Below, in pieces: positions 43,361-62,479 of a DNA stretch of 64,000 nt. Location of the stretch: the NCBI GenBank assembly GCA_002269645.1, contig NIVC01001143.1:124001-188000 (forward strand). Direction: 5' to 3'. A program made the translations under genes and the position numbers. The notes beneath the pieces were generated by a model that ran no database searches, was not told where the DNA came from, and was given only the letters and a program-made list of their open reading frames with translations. Origin of the DNA: Macrostomum lignano (taxonomy: Eukaryota). Positions within the stretch are counted from its first letter, which is position 1, and each line of letters begins with the position of its first letter.

Positions 43361-46300
43361 AGTGTGTCTCATAGCAGTCAGTCAGTGTGTCTGATAGAAA
43401 CCAGTGTGTCTCATAGAAACCATTGTGTCTCATAGAAACCATTGTGTCTCATAGAAACCATTGTGTCTCATAGAAACCATTGTGTCTCATAGCAGTCAGT
43501 CAGTGTGTCTCATAGAAACCTGTGTGTCTTATAGAAACCATTGTGTCTCATAGAAACCATTGTGTCTCATAGAAACCATTGTGTCTCATAGAAACCATTG
43601 TGTCTCTTAGCAGTCAGTCAGTGTGTCTCATAGAAACCTGTGTGTCTCATAGAAACCATTGTGTCTCATAGAAACCATTGTGTCTCATAGAAACCATTGT
43701 GTCTCATAGAAACCATTGTGTCTCATAGAAACCATTGTGTCTCATAGAAACCAGTGTGTCTCATAGAAACCATTGTGTCTCATAGAAACCATTGTGTCTC
43801 ATAGAAACCAGTGTGTCTCATAGAAACCATTGTGTCTCATAGAAACCAGTGTGTCTCATAGAAACCATTGTGTCTCATAGAAACCAGTGTGTCTCATAGA
43901 AACCATTGTGTCTCATAGAAACCATTGTGTCTCATAGAAACCATTGTGTCTCATAGAAACCATTGTGTCTCATAGAAACCAGTGTGTCTCATAGAAACCA
44001 TTGTGTCTCATAGAAACCATTGTGTCTCATAGAAACCATTGTGTCTCATAGAAACCATTGTGTCTCATAGAAACCATTGTGTCTCATAGAAACCATTGTG
44101 TCTCATAGAAACCTGTGTGTCTCATAGAAACCTGTGTGTCTCATAGAAACCATTGTGTCTCATAGAAACCAGTGTGTCTCATAGAAACCATTGTGTCTCA
44201 TAGAAACCAGTGTGTCTCATAGAAACCATTGTGTCTCATAGAAACCATTGTGTCTCATAGAAACCATTGTGTCTCATAGAAACCATTGTGTCTCATAGAA
44301 ACCAGTGTGTCTCATAGAAACCAGTGTGTCTCATAGAAACCAGTGTGTCTCATAGAAACCATTGTGTCTCATAGAAACCAGTGTGTCTCATAGAAACCAT
44401 TGTGTCTCATAGAAACCATTGTGTCTCATAGAAACCATTGTGTCTCATAGAAACCATTGTGTCTCATAGAAACCATTGTGTCTCATAGAAACCAGTGTGT
44501 CTCATAGAAACCAGTGTGTCTCATAGAAACCATTGTGTCTCATAGAAACCATTGTGTCTCATAGAAACCATTGTGTCTCATAGAAACCAGTGTGTCTCAT
44601 AGAAACCATTGTGTCTCATAGAAACCATTGTGTCTCATAGAAACCAGTGTGTCTCATAGAAACCATTGTGTCTCATAGAAACCAGTGTGTCTCATAGAAA
44701 CCAGTGTGTCTCATAGAAACCATTGTGTCTCATAGAAACCATTGTGTCTCATAGAAACCATTGTGTCTCATAGAAACCATTGTGTCTCATAGAAACCATT
44801 GTGTCTCATAGAAACCATTGTGTCTCATAGAAACCATTGTGTCTCATAGAAACCAGTGTGTCTCATAGAAACCATTGTGTCTCATAGAAACCATTGTGTC
44901 TCATAGAAACCATTGTGTCTCATAGAAATCAGTGTGTCTCATAGCAGTCAATCAGTGTGTCTCATAGAAATCAGTGTGTCTCATAGCAGTCAGTCAGTGT
45001 GTCTCATAGAAATCAGTGTGTCTCATAGCATTCAGTCACTGTGTCTCATAGCAGTCAGTCACTGTGTCTCATAGCAGTCAGTCACTGTATCTCATAGAAA
45101 TCAGTGTGTCTCATAGCAGTCAGTCAGTGTGTCTCATAGCAGTCAGTCAGTGTGTCTCATAGAAATCAGTGTGTCTCATAGCATTCAGTCACTGTGTCTC
45201 ATAGCAGTCAGTCACTGTGTCTCATAGCAGTCAGTCACTGTATCTCATAGAAATCAGTGTGTCTCATAGCAGTCAGTCAGTGTGTCTCATAGCAGTCAGT
45301 CAGTGTGTCTCATAGAAATCAGTGTGTCTCATAGCATTCAGTCACTGTGTCTCATAGCAGTCAGTCAGTGTGTCTCATAGCAGTCAGTCACTGTGTCTCA
45401 TAGCAGTCAGTCAGTGTGTCTCATAGCAGTCAGTCAGTGTGTCTCATAGAAATCATTGTGTCTCATAGCATTCAGTCACTGTGTCTCATAGCAGTCAGTC
45501 AGTGTGTCTCATAGCAGTCAGTCAGTGTGTCTCATAGAAATCAGTGTGTCTCATAGCAGTCAGTCAGTGTGTCTCATAGAAATCAGTGTGTCTCATAGCA
45601 TTCAGTCACTGTGTCTCATAGCAGTCAGTCAGTGTGTCTCATAGCAGTCAGTCAGTGTGTCTCATAGAAATCAGTGTGTCTCATAGCATTCAGTCACTGT
45701 GTCTCATAGCAGTCAGTCAGTGTGTCTCATAGCAGTCAGTCAGTGTGTCTCATAGAAATCAGTGTGTCTCATAGCATTCAGTCACTGTGTCTCATAGCAG
45801 TCAGTCAGTGTGTCTCATAGAAATCAGTGTGTCTCATAGCATTCAGTCACTGTGTCTCATAGCAGTCAGTCACTGTGTCTCATAGCAGTCAGTCACTGTA
45901 TCTCATAGAAATCAGTGTGTCTCATAGCAGTCAGTCAGTGTGTCTCATAGCAGTCAGTCAGTGTGTCTCATAGAAATCAGTGTGTCTCATAGCATTCAGT
46001 CACTGTGTCTCATAGCAGTCAGTCAGTGTGTCTCATAGCAGTCAGTCACTGTGTCTCATAGCAGTCAGTCAGTGTGTCTCATAGCAGTCAGTCACTGTGT
46101 CTCATAGCAGTCAGTCAGTGTGTCTCATAGCAGTCAGTCAGTGTGTCTCATAGAAATCATTGTGTCTCATAGCAGTCAGTCAGTGTGTCTCATAGCAGTC
46201 AGTCACTGTATCTCATAGAAATCAGTGTGTCTCATAGCAGTCAGTCAGTGTGTCTCATAGCAGTCAGTCAGTGTGTCTCATAGCAGTCAGTCAGTGTGTC

Positions 46301-47410
46301 TCATAGAAATCAGTGTGTCTCATAGCATTCAGTCACTGTGTCTCATAGCAGTCAGTCAGTGTGTCTCATAGCAGTCAGTCACTGTGTCTCATAGCAGTCA
46401 GTCAGTGTGTCTCATAGCAGTCAGTCACTGTGTCTCATAGCAGTCAGTCAGTGTGTCTCATAGCAGTCAGTCAGTGTGTCTCATAGAAATCATTGTGTCT
46501 CATAGCAGTCAGTCAGTGTGTCTCATAGCAGTCAGTCACTGTATCTCATAGAAATCAGTGTGTCTCATAGCAGTCAGTCAGTGTGTCTCATAGCAGTCAG
46601 TCAGTGTGTCTCATAGCAGTCAGTCAGTGTGTCTCATAGAAATCAGTGTGTCTCATAGCATTCAGTCACTGTGTCTCATAGCAGTCAGTCAGTGTGTCTC
46701 ATAGCAGTCAGTCACTGTGTCTCATAGCAGTCAGTCAGTGTGTCTCATAGCAGTCAGTCAGTGTGTCTCATAGCAGTCAGTCACTGTGTCTCATAGCAGT
46801 CAGTCAGTGTGTCTCATAGCAGTCAGTCAGTGTGTCTCATAGCAGTCAGTCACTGTGTCTCATAGCAGTCAGTCAGTGTGTCTCATAGCAGTCAGTCAGT
46901 GTGTCTCATAGCAGTCAGTCACTGTGTCTCATAGCAGTCAGTCAGTGTGTCTCATAGCAGTCAGTCAGTGTGTCTCATAGCAGTCAGTCACTGTGTCTCA
47001 TAGCAGTCAGTCAGTGTGTCTCATAGCAGTCAGTCACTGTGTCTCATAGCAGTCAGTCAGTGTGTCTCATAGCAGTCAGTCAGTGTGTCTCATAGAAATC
47101 ATTGTGTCTCATAGCAGTCAGTCAGTGTGTCTCATAGCAGTCAGTCAGTGTGTCTCATAGCAGTCAGTGAGTCTCAAACGCAGTGTGTCTCAAACGCAGT
47201 GTGTCTCAAACGCAGTGTGTCTCAAACGCAGTGTGTCTCAAACGCAGTGTGTCTCAAACGCAGTGTGTCTCAAACGCAGTGTGTCTCAAACGCAGTGTGT
47301 CTCAAACGCAGTGTGTCTCAAACGCAGTGTGTCTCAAACGCAGTGTGTCTCAAACGCAGTGTGTCTCAAACGCAGTGTGTCTCAAACGCAGTGTGTCTCA
47401 AACGCAGTGT
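43361..47410. repeat. 4-kb compound satellite (19-bp, then 19/23-bp higher-order, then 16-bp units) with shared core GTGTCTCA
   Basis: TGTGTCTCATAGAAACCAT to ~44925; GTGTCTCATAGCAGTCAGTCAGT mixes to ~47168; GTGTCTCAAACGCAGT to 47410. Confidence 0.97.
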
Positions 47411-48569
47411 GCCCAGAAGATCAAAAGTCAGACCAACTCAGAGACTGAAAGATGGAAAGGAGCTGAAAGCGGTGATTTTGTTTTTTTGCTGATAACTGAA
47501 CGTTTTCAGTCTTAATCCTAATGTAACCCTAATGTGAAAAGTTTTAGCTTTTGCTATTAGGGCAACATGAAAAGGAAGAAACTGATGCACCATGGCTTCA
47601 TTAACTTTTGATTAAATAACTATTGAATCATTGTGCAACCAAGGTAGACAGAGGACACTCTTACAAGTCGTAGGGTTTTTATCGGTGACATCGCCATACA
47701 ACCAACGCTAAGGCAGTTCTGTCCATTCCGCAGACTCCCGAGCACACACAGTACGCAGGCCCGCACTCGCACACACGCTCACCAGGGTGTACATCGGCCC
47801 TGACTTTCAAATAGTCGGGCATGTACACTCTATCACGCCAATGGGTGAGTTTTTGCACAACTTGCAAGCGTCCTTCTTTGGAGTTGTGCGCGATTCTTCA
47901 CCGGCCACATTTAGCCTTCAGCTTTCAGATCTCTTCTCTACCCCTTTCAGTAGCAGCTCACGGGCTCTGTTTGAAATCTGATTCCCATTTAACATAAAAT
48001 TAGCGAGTTCATTGTCCGTGTTGCATTTCCTAATCTGGCAAATCTGATTCCCGGATCTATTGCAGGGCAATAGAACTGTCAAACCAGCTGGCCCGCCAGT
48101 CCCAGGTGACTCCAGCGCTCACCCGATGATGGCCGCTCTGAGTGAGGCTGCAACTTTTTACTGGCCCACCTTTTATTTAGTCAAAATTGTTCCCAGCGCG
48201 GGAAGCTGCGGGCTTGGCGGACAAAAATGCCTCATCTCTGTTGCTTCCGCCCCCTCCGTCCTCTCTCAGCAGGTTTGGCAATTGGAGGGCGTGCGGTAGG
48301 GAGCGCTGAGATCCACCTCAACTCCCCCAACTCACTGCGCTCCTAAAGAAATGGGCCTGAGACGACTCCGTTCCCCATCTGGGAAGCTCAAGATTTGCTC
48401 AGGTACTATAAAAGCCAAAGTGTCGCGTCTTGGAAAAGGGCCGGAGTAGTTGTGAATGTTTGCGCAGCCAACACACATTGGAGGCCGTCCTTCCCGCGCT
48501 TCTCCGAGTTGAAACTTGGGCCGGCTTTCTCCTAGCGCAAACTGAAATTGCGAGGTTTCCCGCCGAGCC

Positions 48570-51138
48570 ATGGGACAGTGCGCCGCCTGTCAGCGTAGTT
48601 GTGAGAATCTCAGATCCTCGATTATTGATTTTGTGAATCTCTTCGCTTACCGGTACAGGGTTAGACTGTATGATGATTAATAACCATTAATCAAATGTCT
48701 GTGGTGGCTCTCTACGAGAACTGTTTGTGGCTTTCTACGAGAAGTATCTGTGGCTCTCTACGAGAACTGTCTGTGGCTCTCTACGAGAACTGTCTGTGGC
48801 TCTCTACGAGAACTGTCTGTGGCTCTCTACGAGAACTTCTGTGGCTCTCTATGAGAACTGTCTTGGGCTCTCTACAAGAACTGTCTGTGGCTCTCTACGA
48901 GAACTGTCTGTGGCTCTCTATGAGAACTGTCTTGGGCTCTCTACAAGAACTGTCTTGGGCTCTCTATGAGAACTGTCTTTGGCTCTCTATGAGAACTGTC
49001 TTTGGCTCTCTACAAGAACTGTCTTTGGCTCCACGAAAACCAAGTCTTGGAGAACTTTTTTGCTTTCATTTTCAATATTTCCCAAACCCTTAAAAACGAT
49101 TTTGCTGACTTTCCACTCGCCGCAGCCACTACCAAATCTGCCAGGCGACTCAACGGACTCGCACAGCCGCACAGATACTTTGAGCTGCCTGACGTCGCCT
49201 CTCCGCTTGGCCGGCGGTCGAGCGACAACGGGAGCAACTTGCGTCGCATCAGGCGCAGCTGCGTGTCGCTGCCCAACTCATTCCACGGCATCTGGCTGAT
49301 CAGTGAGTCCGAGCAGTTGACAGCAGATGCGGCTGCTGAAGTTGAAACAGACTCTGAGCTGTCGAAGGCTTTCGAAGAGAGGGCGGGTGAGCTTGCGGTC
49401 AGCATGCCGCTGCTAAGCTGCGCCGGAGAGCCACCCGACCTGCCGGGGCCGCCATCAACCGCTCAGTCTCCCGACGAGGAGGCTGTCGCACTGCCTGAGC
49501 TGCTCATGCAGGCAAATTGCAAAGCGACGCAGACACCCGAGCCAGGAGAGAGACTGGACAAGAGCTGCCAATGGGAGGAGCCGGCCTTGCTGACGAGGGA
49601 GCTGCATAAAGAAGGAGCAGAAGAGATGCCAACCCTGGATGATGCTCCAAACCAAGCAATGCAAAGCTCTGAAACAGCTGAGGAGGCCGCGCTCCAATAC
49701 CTGATGAGGCAGACCGAGGCGCTGCTGGAGGCCCTAGTCGAGGACAGTCCCTCTGCGCAGCCTCGGGCGCCAAAATCATCCACTCAGCCAGCCCGGAATG
49801 ATGGCGCAGCTGATTTGGATTTTCAGCCTCTTCAGGCACCGAGTTCCCTTGCTGCTAATCCTTTGGCCAAGAACGGATTATCTCCGGGTGTCCCGAACTC
49901 GCCAGTCCCGACCTCGCCAGTCCCGACCTCGCCAGTCCCGACCTCGCCAGTCCCGACCTCGCCAGTCCCGACCTCGCCAGTCCCGACCTCGCCAGTCGCG
50001 ACCTCGCCAGTCCCGACCTCGCCAGTCCCGACCTCGCCAGTCCCGACCTCAAGTTCGAGTACCCTTGAGTCCTTCAGTCCGAGCGCGCCCTGTGCAGGCC
50101 CGAGTTTCTCATCGAGTGGGCCGCTGACGGCCTCACGGCGCAGCTCGTCGGCTGTCAGTCGCAGTTGCGGCCGCGTCGCAGACGAGCTCAGCACCCGCTC
50201 GGCGCTGTTCCAGCTGGAGCGGCAGCTGGCGGGATCGCAGCTGGTAGCCCGGCAGCTCCTGGACCGGTGCCAGCAGCCGCAGCCGGACGGAGCCGCAGCC
50301 ACCAGGCGGGTCAGCGAGTACAGGCGACGGCTGGCAGCCGAGCGGAGCCGCCTCTTGCTGCTGACGTCAGCGGAGGCATCGTCAGTCAGCTGCTCGCTGG
50401 ACGACGCGAGCGAATCGGCAACGTCCCCTGACTCGATGTCGTCCTGCACGCTGCCCGCGGAGACAGCGTGGAGCCGTCAGGAGAGCCGCGGCAGCAGCTG
50501 CGTCACTGACGCTGAGCAGCCGCAATCTGGGCCGCGCCGGCGGTTCGGTCGGACGGCTTCCGGCGGCGGTGGAGATGTTCGAGATCCTGATGCCGCAGCC
50601 GCCCTTCGACAGTCGGCCCAGGTGTGCCAGGTGAGATGCGCCAAGGGGTTGAATGCTGGGCAAGGGAGCTGAGATTAGACTGGATCGGACAGACAGGAGG
50701 GGGAAACAAGCTGAGTCGGACAGACAGGAGGGGAAACAAGCTGAGTCGGACAGACAGGAGGGGGAGACAAGGCTGAGTCGGACAGACAGGAGGGGGAGAC
50801 CCCAAGGCTGAGTCGGACAGACAGGAGGGGGAAACAAGCTGAGTCGGACAGACAGGCAGGGAGACAAGACTGAGTCGGACAGACAGGAGGGGGAGACAAG
50901 GCTGAGTCGGACAGACAGGAGGGGAGACAAGGCTGAGTCGGACAGACAGGAGGGGAGACAAGGCTGAGTCGGACAGACAGGAGGGGGAGACAAGGCTGAG
51001 TCGGACAGACAGGAGGGGGAGACAAGGCTGAGTCGGAAAAAACCCCAGGTCGCAAATTTTCAGGCAATCGACCAGGACCTGCGGTGGCTGAGGACTCAAT
51101 ACGCCAGCCTGGGCCGCAGGGCAGCCGGCGCTGACTAA
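48570..51138 (+). CDS. Gene D: uncharacterised Ser/Pro-rich, partly coiled-coil protein (~537 aa, 3-exon model)
   Basis: Tentative exon 48570-48652 (MGQCAAC...), main exon 49175-50630 (acceptor could instead be 49125), donor CAG|GTGAGA, terminal exon ttttcag|51064-51138 AIDQDLRWLRTQYASLGRRAAGAD-TAA. Confidence 0.55.
48695..49030. repeat. 23-bp minisatellite (AACTGTCTGTGGCTCTCTACGAG), ~14 copies
   Basis: Lies in the inferred first intron of gene D. Confidence 0.93.
49891..50050 (+). repeat. 15-bp coding tandem repeat encoding (VPTSP)x10
   Basis: TCCCGACCTCGCCAG, 10 full copies in frame within the gene D exon. Confidence 0.9.
50685..51036. repeat. ~31-32-bp minisatellite (CTGAGTCGGACAGACAGGAGGGGGAGACAAGG), ~11 copies
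   Basis: Fills the last intron of gene D. Confidence 0.93.
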
Positions 51139-51644
51139 AGCTGGTTCAGGATTTGACTAAGAATTGACTGTGACGAATTCTTATCTGTTCAAAAGACTTA
51201 TATTTTTTAATCCTATTATCCAACGCGTTTGTCAGGTCTTAGAATTTTGATGCCAAAGTATACGTTTTAAAATACCGGTATTTTGACAAGTTTTTGTACG
51301 AGTATTTTAAGCCGCTCGAAAATGCGCGCTGCAAATTTCGAAACGTATTTTTCAATTAATTTCATAAGATGAAACTACTTAAAGTAATATAGTGCGAAAG
51401 TGGACGCGGTCGCTATTGAGCCAGCAAGACTCGTAATCCGACTTGACTTCGGAATCGTCCAACCGAATTCCAGGGGCCATCCGGGACCACTTCGCCAGCC
51501 AATGAGCGGCCGAGCGCAACTTGGCCGCCTGGCGACAAGAAACTGCCTCGAGTCCTCTTCGAGTATCAGGTCTCTGGATTAGGTATAATAGATGCTAAAT
51601 CCTCGTTTCATATCTAGAATCCAGTTGAAGATTCTCAGTCTCCG

Positions 51645-51897
51645 ATCCCAGTCTCATATCTGAGATCCCAGTCTCATATCCGAGATCCCAGTCTCACATC
51701 TCAGGCTCCAGTCTCATATCTGAGATCCCAGTCTCACATCCGAGATCCCAGTCTCACATCTCAGGCTCCAGTCTCATATCTGATTTCCCAGTCTCATATC
51801 AGAGATCCCAGTCTCACATCTCAGGCTCCAGTCTCATATCTGAGATCCCAGTCTCACATCCGAGATCCCAGTCTCACATCTCAGGCTCCAGTCTCAG
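51645..51897. repeat. 20-bp minisatellite (CCCAGTCTCACATCTGAGAT variants), ~12 copies
   Basis: Ends about 14 bp before the NK7 ATG. Confidence 0.9.
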
Positions 51898-51911
51898 ACC
51901 CGCAATCGCAG

Positions 51912-58621
<6,710 letters not shown>

Positions 58622-61438
58622 CTGGGAGCGAATAAGAGTTTTGATAACACAGCTTACTCGGACAACTCGGATGTCTGTGCTGCTGAGCTGAACTTCCTGC
58701 AACCCATTCGATACATTATTGAGAACCGAGTCCCTCCGATCCGATCATCATTTCTTATCATGCGTTATAAAATTTATTCTCGCACAACGCAACCGTAAGC
58801 TGTTGGCGGAAGCTGCAATAAATTAGATGAAGGATGCCAGCATAAAGGTTACTTTACTATGAGTTTTTTGTCGGATCCTCCGAATATCATCAATATAAAA
58901 TTATTTCCTTGCTACTTACTTTCGGACTTGAGTAGCATCCTGAGCACGCGGTAGCTGAAGTTTCATGAACGCCTTCTCCGAAGCATGAATGCCTCGACCT
59001 CCTGCCGGCGCGCACCCGCTCACTTCTACGTTGATATTATTAGATAAAACCTTATTGGACAGCGTCTCGACTTACTCGACTGTTTCATATTGCAGATGCT
59101 TGCAATTCAAAAAAATTCTCTATTGAACTAACCGGATTCGAATTGCGTGCTTTGAGTACAGCAGCTTCGTTTGGTCAGGGTGGCAACGTCTTTCTGGACT
59201 AGGCCGTAGATCCTTTGCAGTCCGAATTGCATGAGACTTTTAACTTATACTTCAGTAGTAGCTATCAGTGCAGATTAGCCACAATTGTACCGGTAGAAGC
59301 AGGTTTATTTAGCTGAAATCCCAATGCTCTTTAAATTGCGATTGAAGTACTGAGGAGCTAAGGGCCGACTTGGTAAACTCTTTACTTATCAGTTTATGAA
59401 CCTGTCAGTTTATTTGCATGATCAAATAAAACTACTGTGGGTGTAGATTTAGAACTACATTATTTAAAACCAAGATGAACTTCGACTAAACGAAGCATTA
59501 GCCCTTGTCTTGGAGATTTCTGCATGAATCTCGCAGGACAGTGCTCAAAGTTACTTAAAATTGCTTCATCAGAATGTGGCCGCATTGCAGAGGCGTTATT
59601 CTTGGTACAATTTCCTCTGCATCTAGCTTCATTAGTGGCGCGATGTTCCAAAGAATTTCTAGAAGAAACATTCGGTTTTCTGAAAACAGCTCGAGCTCAG
59701 ATCGCACTATTCTGCAGCGAGGATCTGCAGAAAGAGGATCTGCATGGAGGTTGCTTATGGTCGCAGCGGGTGTCTCCTACATCCTCGGTATGAGTCTTAG
59801 AATCCCTTAGGCAGCGGAGATAAGCCTGCTCCGAGAGTGAGGGAAAAGGGGGAAAGGAAGGCGAGGAAAGAGAAAGCGAGAGACCAAGGAAGGCGGTTTC
59901 GGCGAGACTGTGAGGATAATTTATTGGTCCATTCACCGGCTCCGTCCGCCCAACCGCTCATGCGCTTCCTTCCGCTCGGCTTCAGTTCTGCCCCAACTCT
60001 GCAGCAATGGACTGCCGAGCGAGCGAGAGGAGGGAGGCTGCAGGACGCGGATGAAACGATGGAGGAGACGCATGACAGGACGAGTAGGCGATAGTGCGGG
60101 AATGAATCAGAGTTAGTTCTGTTCTTGTTCTCAGAGGGGGAGAACAAGTGTAGACAGTAATGGAGGCCCTTGTTTGGACTCTGAAGTATCGGATGGATCC
60201 AGGTTTGATTTCACGCGCGGTGGCATGCAGCATTAACTTGTGAATCGTGCGGGCGATTCTCGCCAATAGACCAACCCTTAAAAGGCAAGCTCAAATGTGT
60301 ACATGCAGTGTATGAGCGAATGGGCATGATCACTGCTTCCCTTCTCACTGGCTGCAGATTTGCGGCGTGCCATACTGAATTTATCCAAGTAGCTGATCTG
60401 TTCACTGCTCTGCTACTCTCGAGTCTGAGCGCACCACCTGGATGCGGGTTAGAGAAATAAAACGCGCAGTCGGCAAGTAGGCACAGGCTTTTATAGAATG
60501 GCGGCAGGTAAAGCCACTTTGATTTAGTTAAAGCGGAATATATTTAATTAGCGAGCTATGCACGTACGATAATGTTATTATTGCCATGAATGGCGTGACC
60601 AAGTGACAATGCTTGCAGGTTGAGTGAGCCAGTTAAGCGCGTGACTCGGTCGGGTCTTTCGCCTTTAAGCAAACGCATCATTTGTTCGTTCTACGAGTAA
60701 TCGGGGACGTGGTCGGCGTCGACTGGGAGATGGCGGCGATGGACTTTAAACTACACGACGGAGGGCTTGAGTCCACACGCGCACACGAAGCACAGGTCAC
60801 AGAGTGAAGAGCGACTGAGCTGGGGAACACCGCAATAGTTTAATTTAGCTAGTTTGCTGCTCACGGGCCACAATGAGACAGTGGGGAGAGAAACGGCCAT
60901 AAAGCTTTTTGGGTTCTTTCAATTGTTTGCTAAGCTATAAGCCAATTAAGCTACGAGCGTATCTCCGCCCTTGGGCTGATGTCGCAATTCAGTGCACAGA
61001 TGCGATGACAGTGTAATGATAGGAGTATTTCGGAGACGCAGAGAAGGCTGGGAGATGGGTCTGCAGGCTTTGACTGGCGATGATGCAAGAGGGCAATCGG
61101 TGACTATTGATGTGTACTGCCCTCGTCGATCTTTGCAAAGAAACGTCTACAGTAAGCTCCAATCTTATCTGATCTATGAAGTATGCAATATGTAAATAGA
61201 TATAGACAATCAAAATAAAAAGCACTGTAAAATTAATCGTCGTATACAGATCATTGATCAATAGAGAACGTCCACGATCAGGTGCTGAGTCAATATCAGT
61301 AAGATACCTATATGAGTTGGGTTTGTGTTGAATATATGACAACAATGGTCCCTGGAGACAAGGGAGAGGCAGCTCCCGAGTCCCAGCGACTGGCGAAAAC
61401 CGAAACAAGTGGACAGAGAGAGAGAGAACGAACAGGTG

Positions 61439-62479
61439 TCACTTGGCAGTCCAGATGAAGCTGTTGTTGTCCCAGGCGCCAGTGGCCACAGCCAGCCCGC
61501 TGGGACTGATGCCCAGACAGGAGATGCGGTTGTCGTGGCCCAGCATGATGCCTACCCGCTCTTCCAGCAGCGTGTCCCACACGTGGCAGTTATAATCGTC
61601 GTAGCCTGCAATGAGAAGGCGGCCGCTGCGGGACACGGACAGACACGTGCTACCACACTGGATGAATTCATCACTGAAGTTGGCGAGCATCTGATCGGCG
61701 CGGATGTCCCACATTCGGCAGCTGCCGTCGTCGGAAGAGGTGGCGAAGGCGTAGTCGCACTGCGGAAAGTAGTCGACGCCGTTGACGTCCATCTCGTGGC
61801 CCTCGTAGGTGGCCCGGCAGTGGCGCTCGCGCAAGTCCCACAGCTTGGCAGTGTGGTCGCTGGAGGCGCTGACAAAGTGGCGGTGGCTGTCGGCGAGTGC
61901 CAGCGCGTTCACGTCGTTATCGTGGCCCTCAAAGCGGTGCACAATTTTGCCGGTCTCCAGGTCCCAGAAGGCGCAGGTTTTGTCGCCTGACGAGGTGACA
62001 CAGTGCTTGGCGTCAGTGAATCGGATGCAGGCCAGGTAGCCATCATGGCCTGTGAGCTCCACCGGCTCTGCCTCAGTGTCATCCAGGTTGTGGATGGACA
62101 GCAGGTTGTCCAGGCCGCCGCTAGCCACCCGGGTGTTGTCGGGGTTGAACCGGCAGGACATGACCCAGGCAGTCTTCAGGAAGATGGCGTTCAGCTTCGC
62201 GCAGGAGAACGCGTCCCACAGGAAGATCTTGCCATCCTGACCGGCTGTGATAAGGTTGGTGGACTCGTTGCCCCACTGCAGATCTGTCAGCTTGGCCAGG
62301 TGACCGTGAAGCTCCTTGCGCACCTTGAACTTCAGCCGGCCCAGGGGCTGCTGGTTCTCGGTGGCTGTCACGTAGTCGGCGTCGGCGACCTCCTTGCGCG
62401 CAACCTTGATCTTTGCCTTCATCTCCTTGATCTCTTCCATGAGCTTCTGTTCCTCCTCGCACGGCTGATCATCGTCCAT
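61439..62479 (-). CDS. Gene F: heterotrimeric G-protein beta subunit-like WD40 protein, intronless and divergent (346 aa)
   Basis: N-terminal coiled coil, then LHGHLAKL, TAWVM, SGGLDN, GHDGYL, TSSGDKTC, GHEMDVN, FATSSDDGSCRMWDIRADQ, SGRLLIAGYDDYNC, GHDNRISCLG, ATGAWD, all collinear with Gbeta. First ATG at 62479; the track extends it to a GTG at 62497. Confidence 0.93.
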   Translation of the reverse strand: MDDDQPCEEEQKLMEEIKEMKAKIKVARKEVADADYVTATENQQPLGRLKFKVRKELHGHLAKLTDLQWGNESTNLITAGQDGKIFLWDAFSCAKLNAIFLKTAWVMSCRFNPDNTRVASGGLDNLLSIHNLDDTEAEPVELTGHDGYLACIRFTDAKHCVTSSGDKTCAFWDLETGKIVHRFEGHDNDVNALALADSHRHFVSASSDHTAKLWDLRERHCRATYEGHEMDVNGVDYFPQCDYAFATSSDDGSCRMWDIRADQMLANFSDEFIQCGSTCLSVSRSGRLLIAGYDDYNCHVWDTLLEERVGIMLGHDNRISCLGISPSGLAVATGAWDNNSFIWTAK

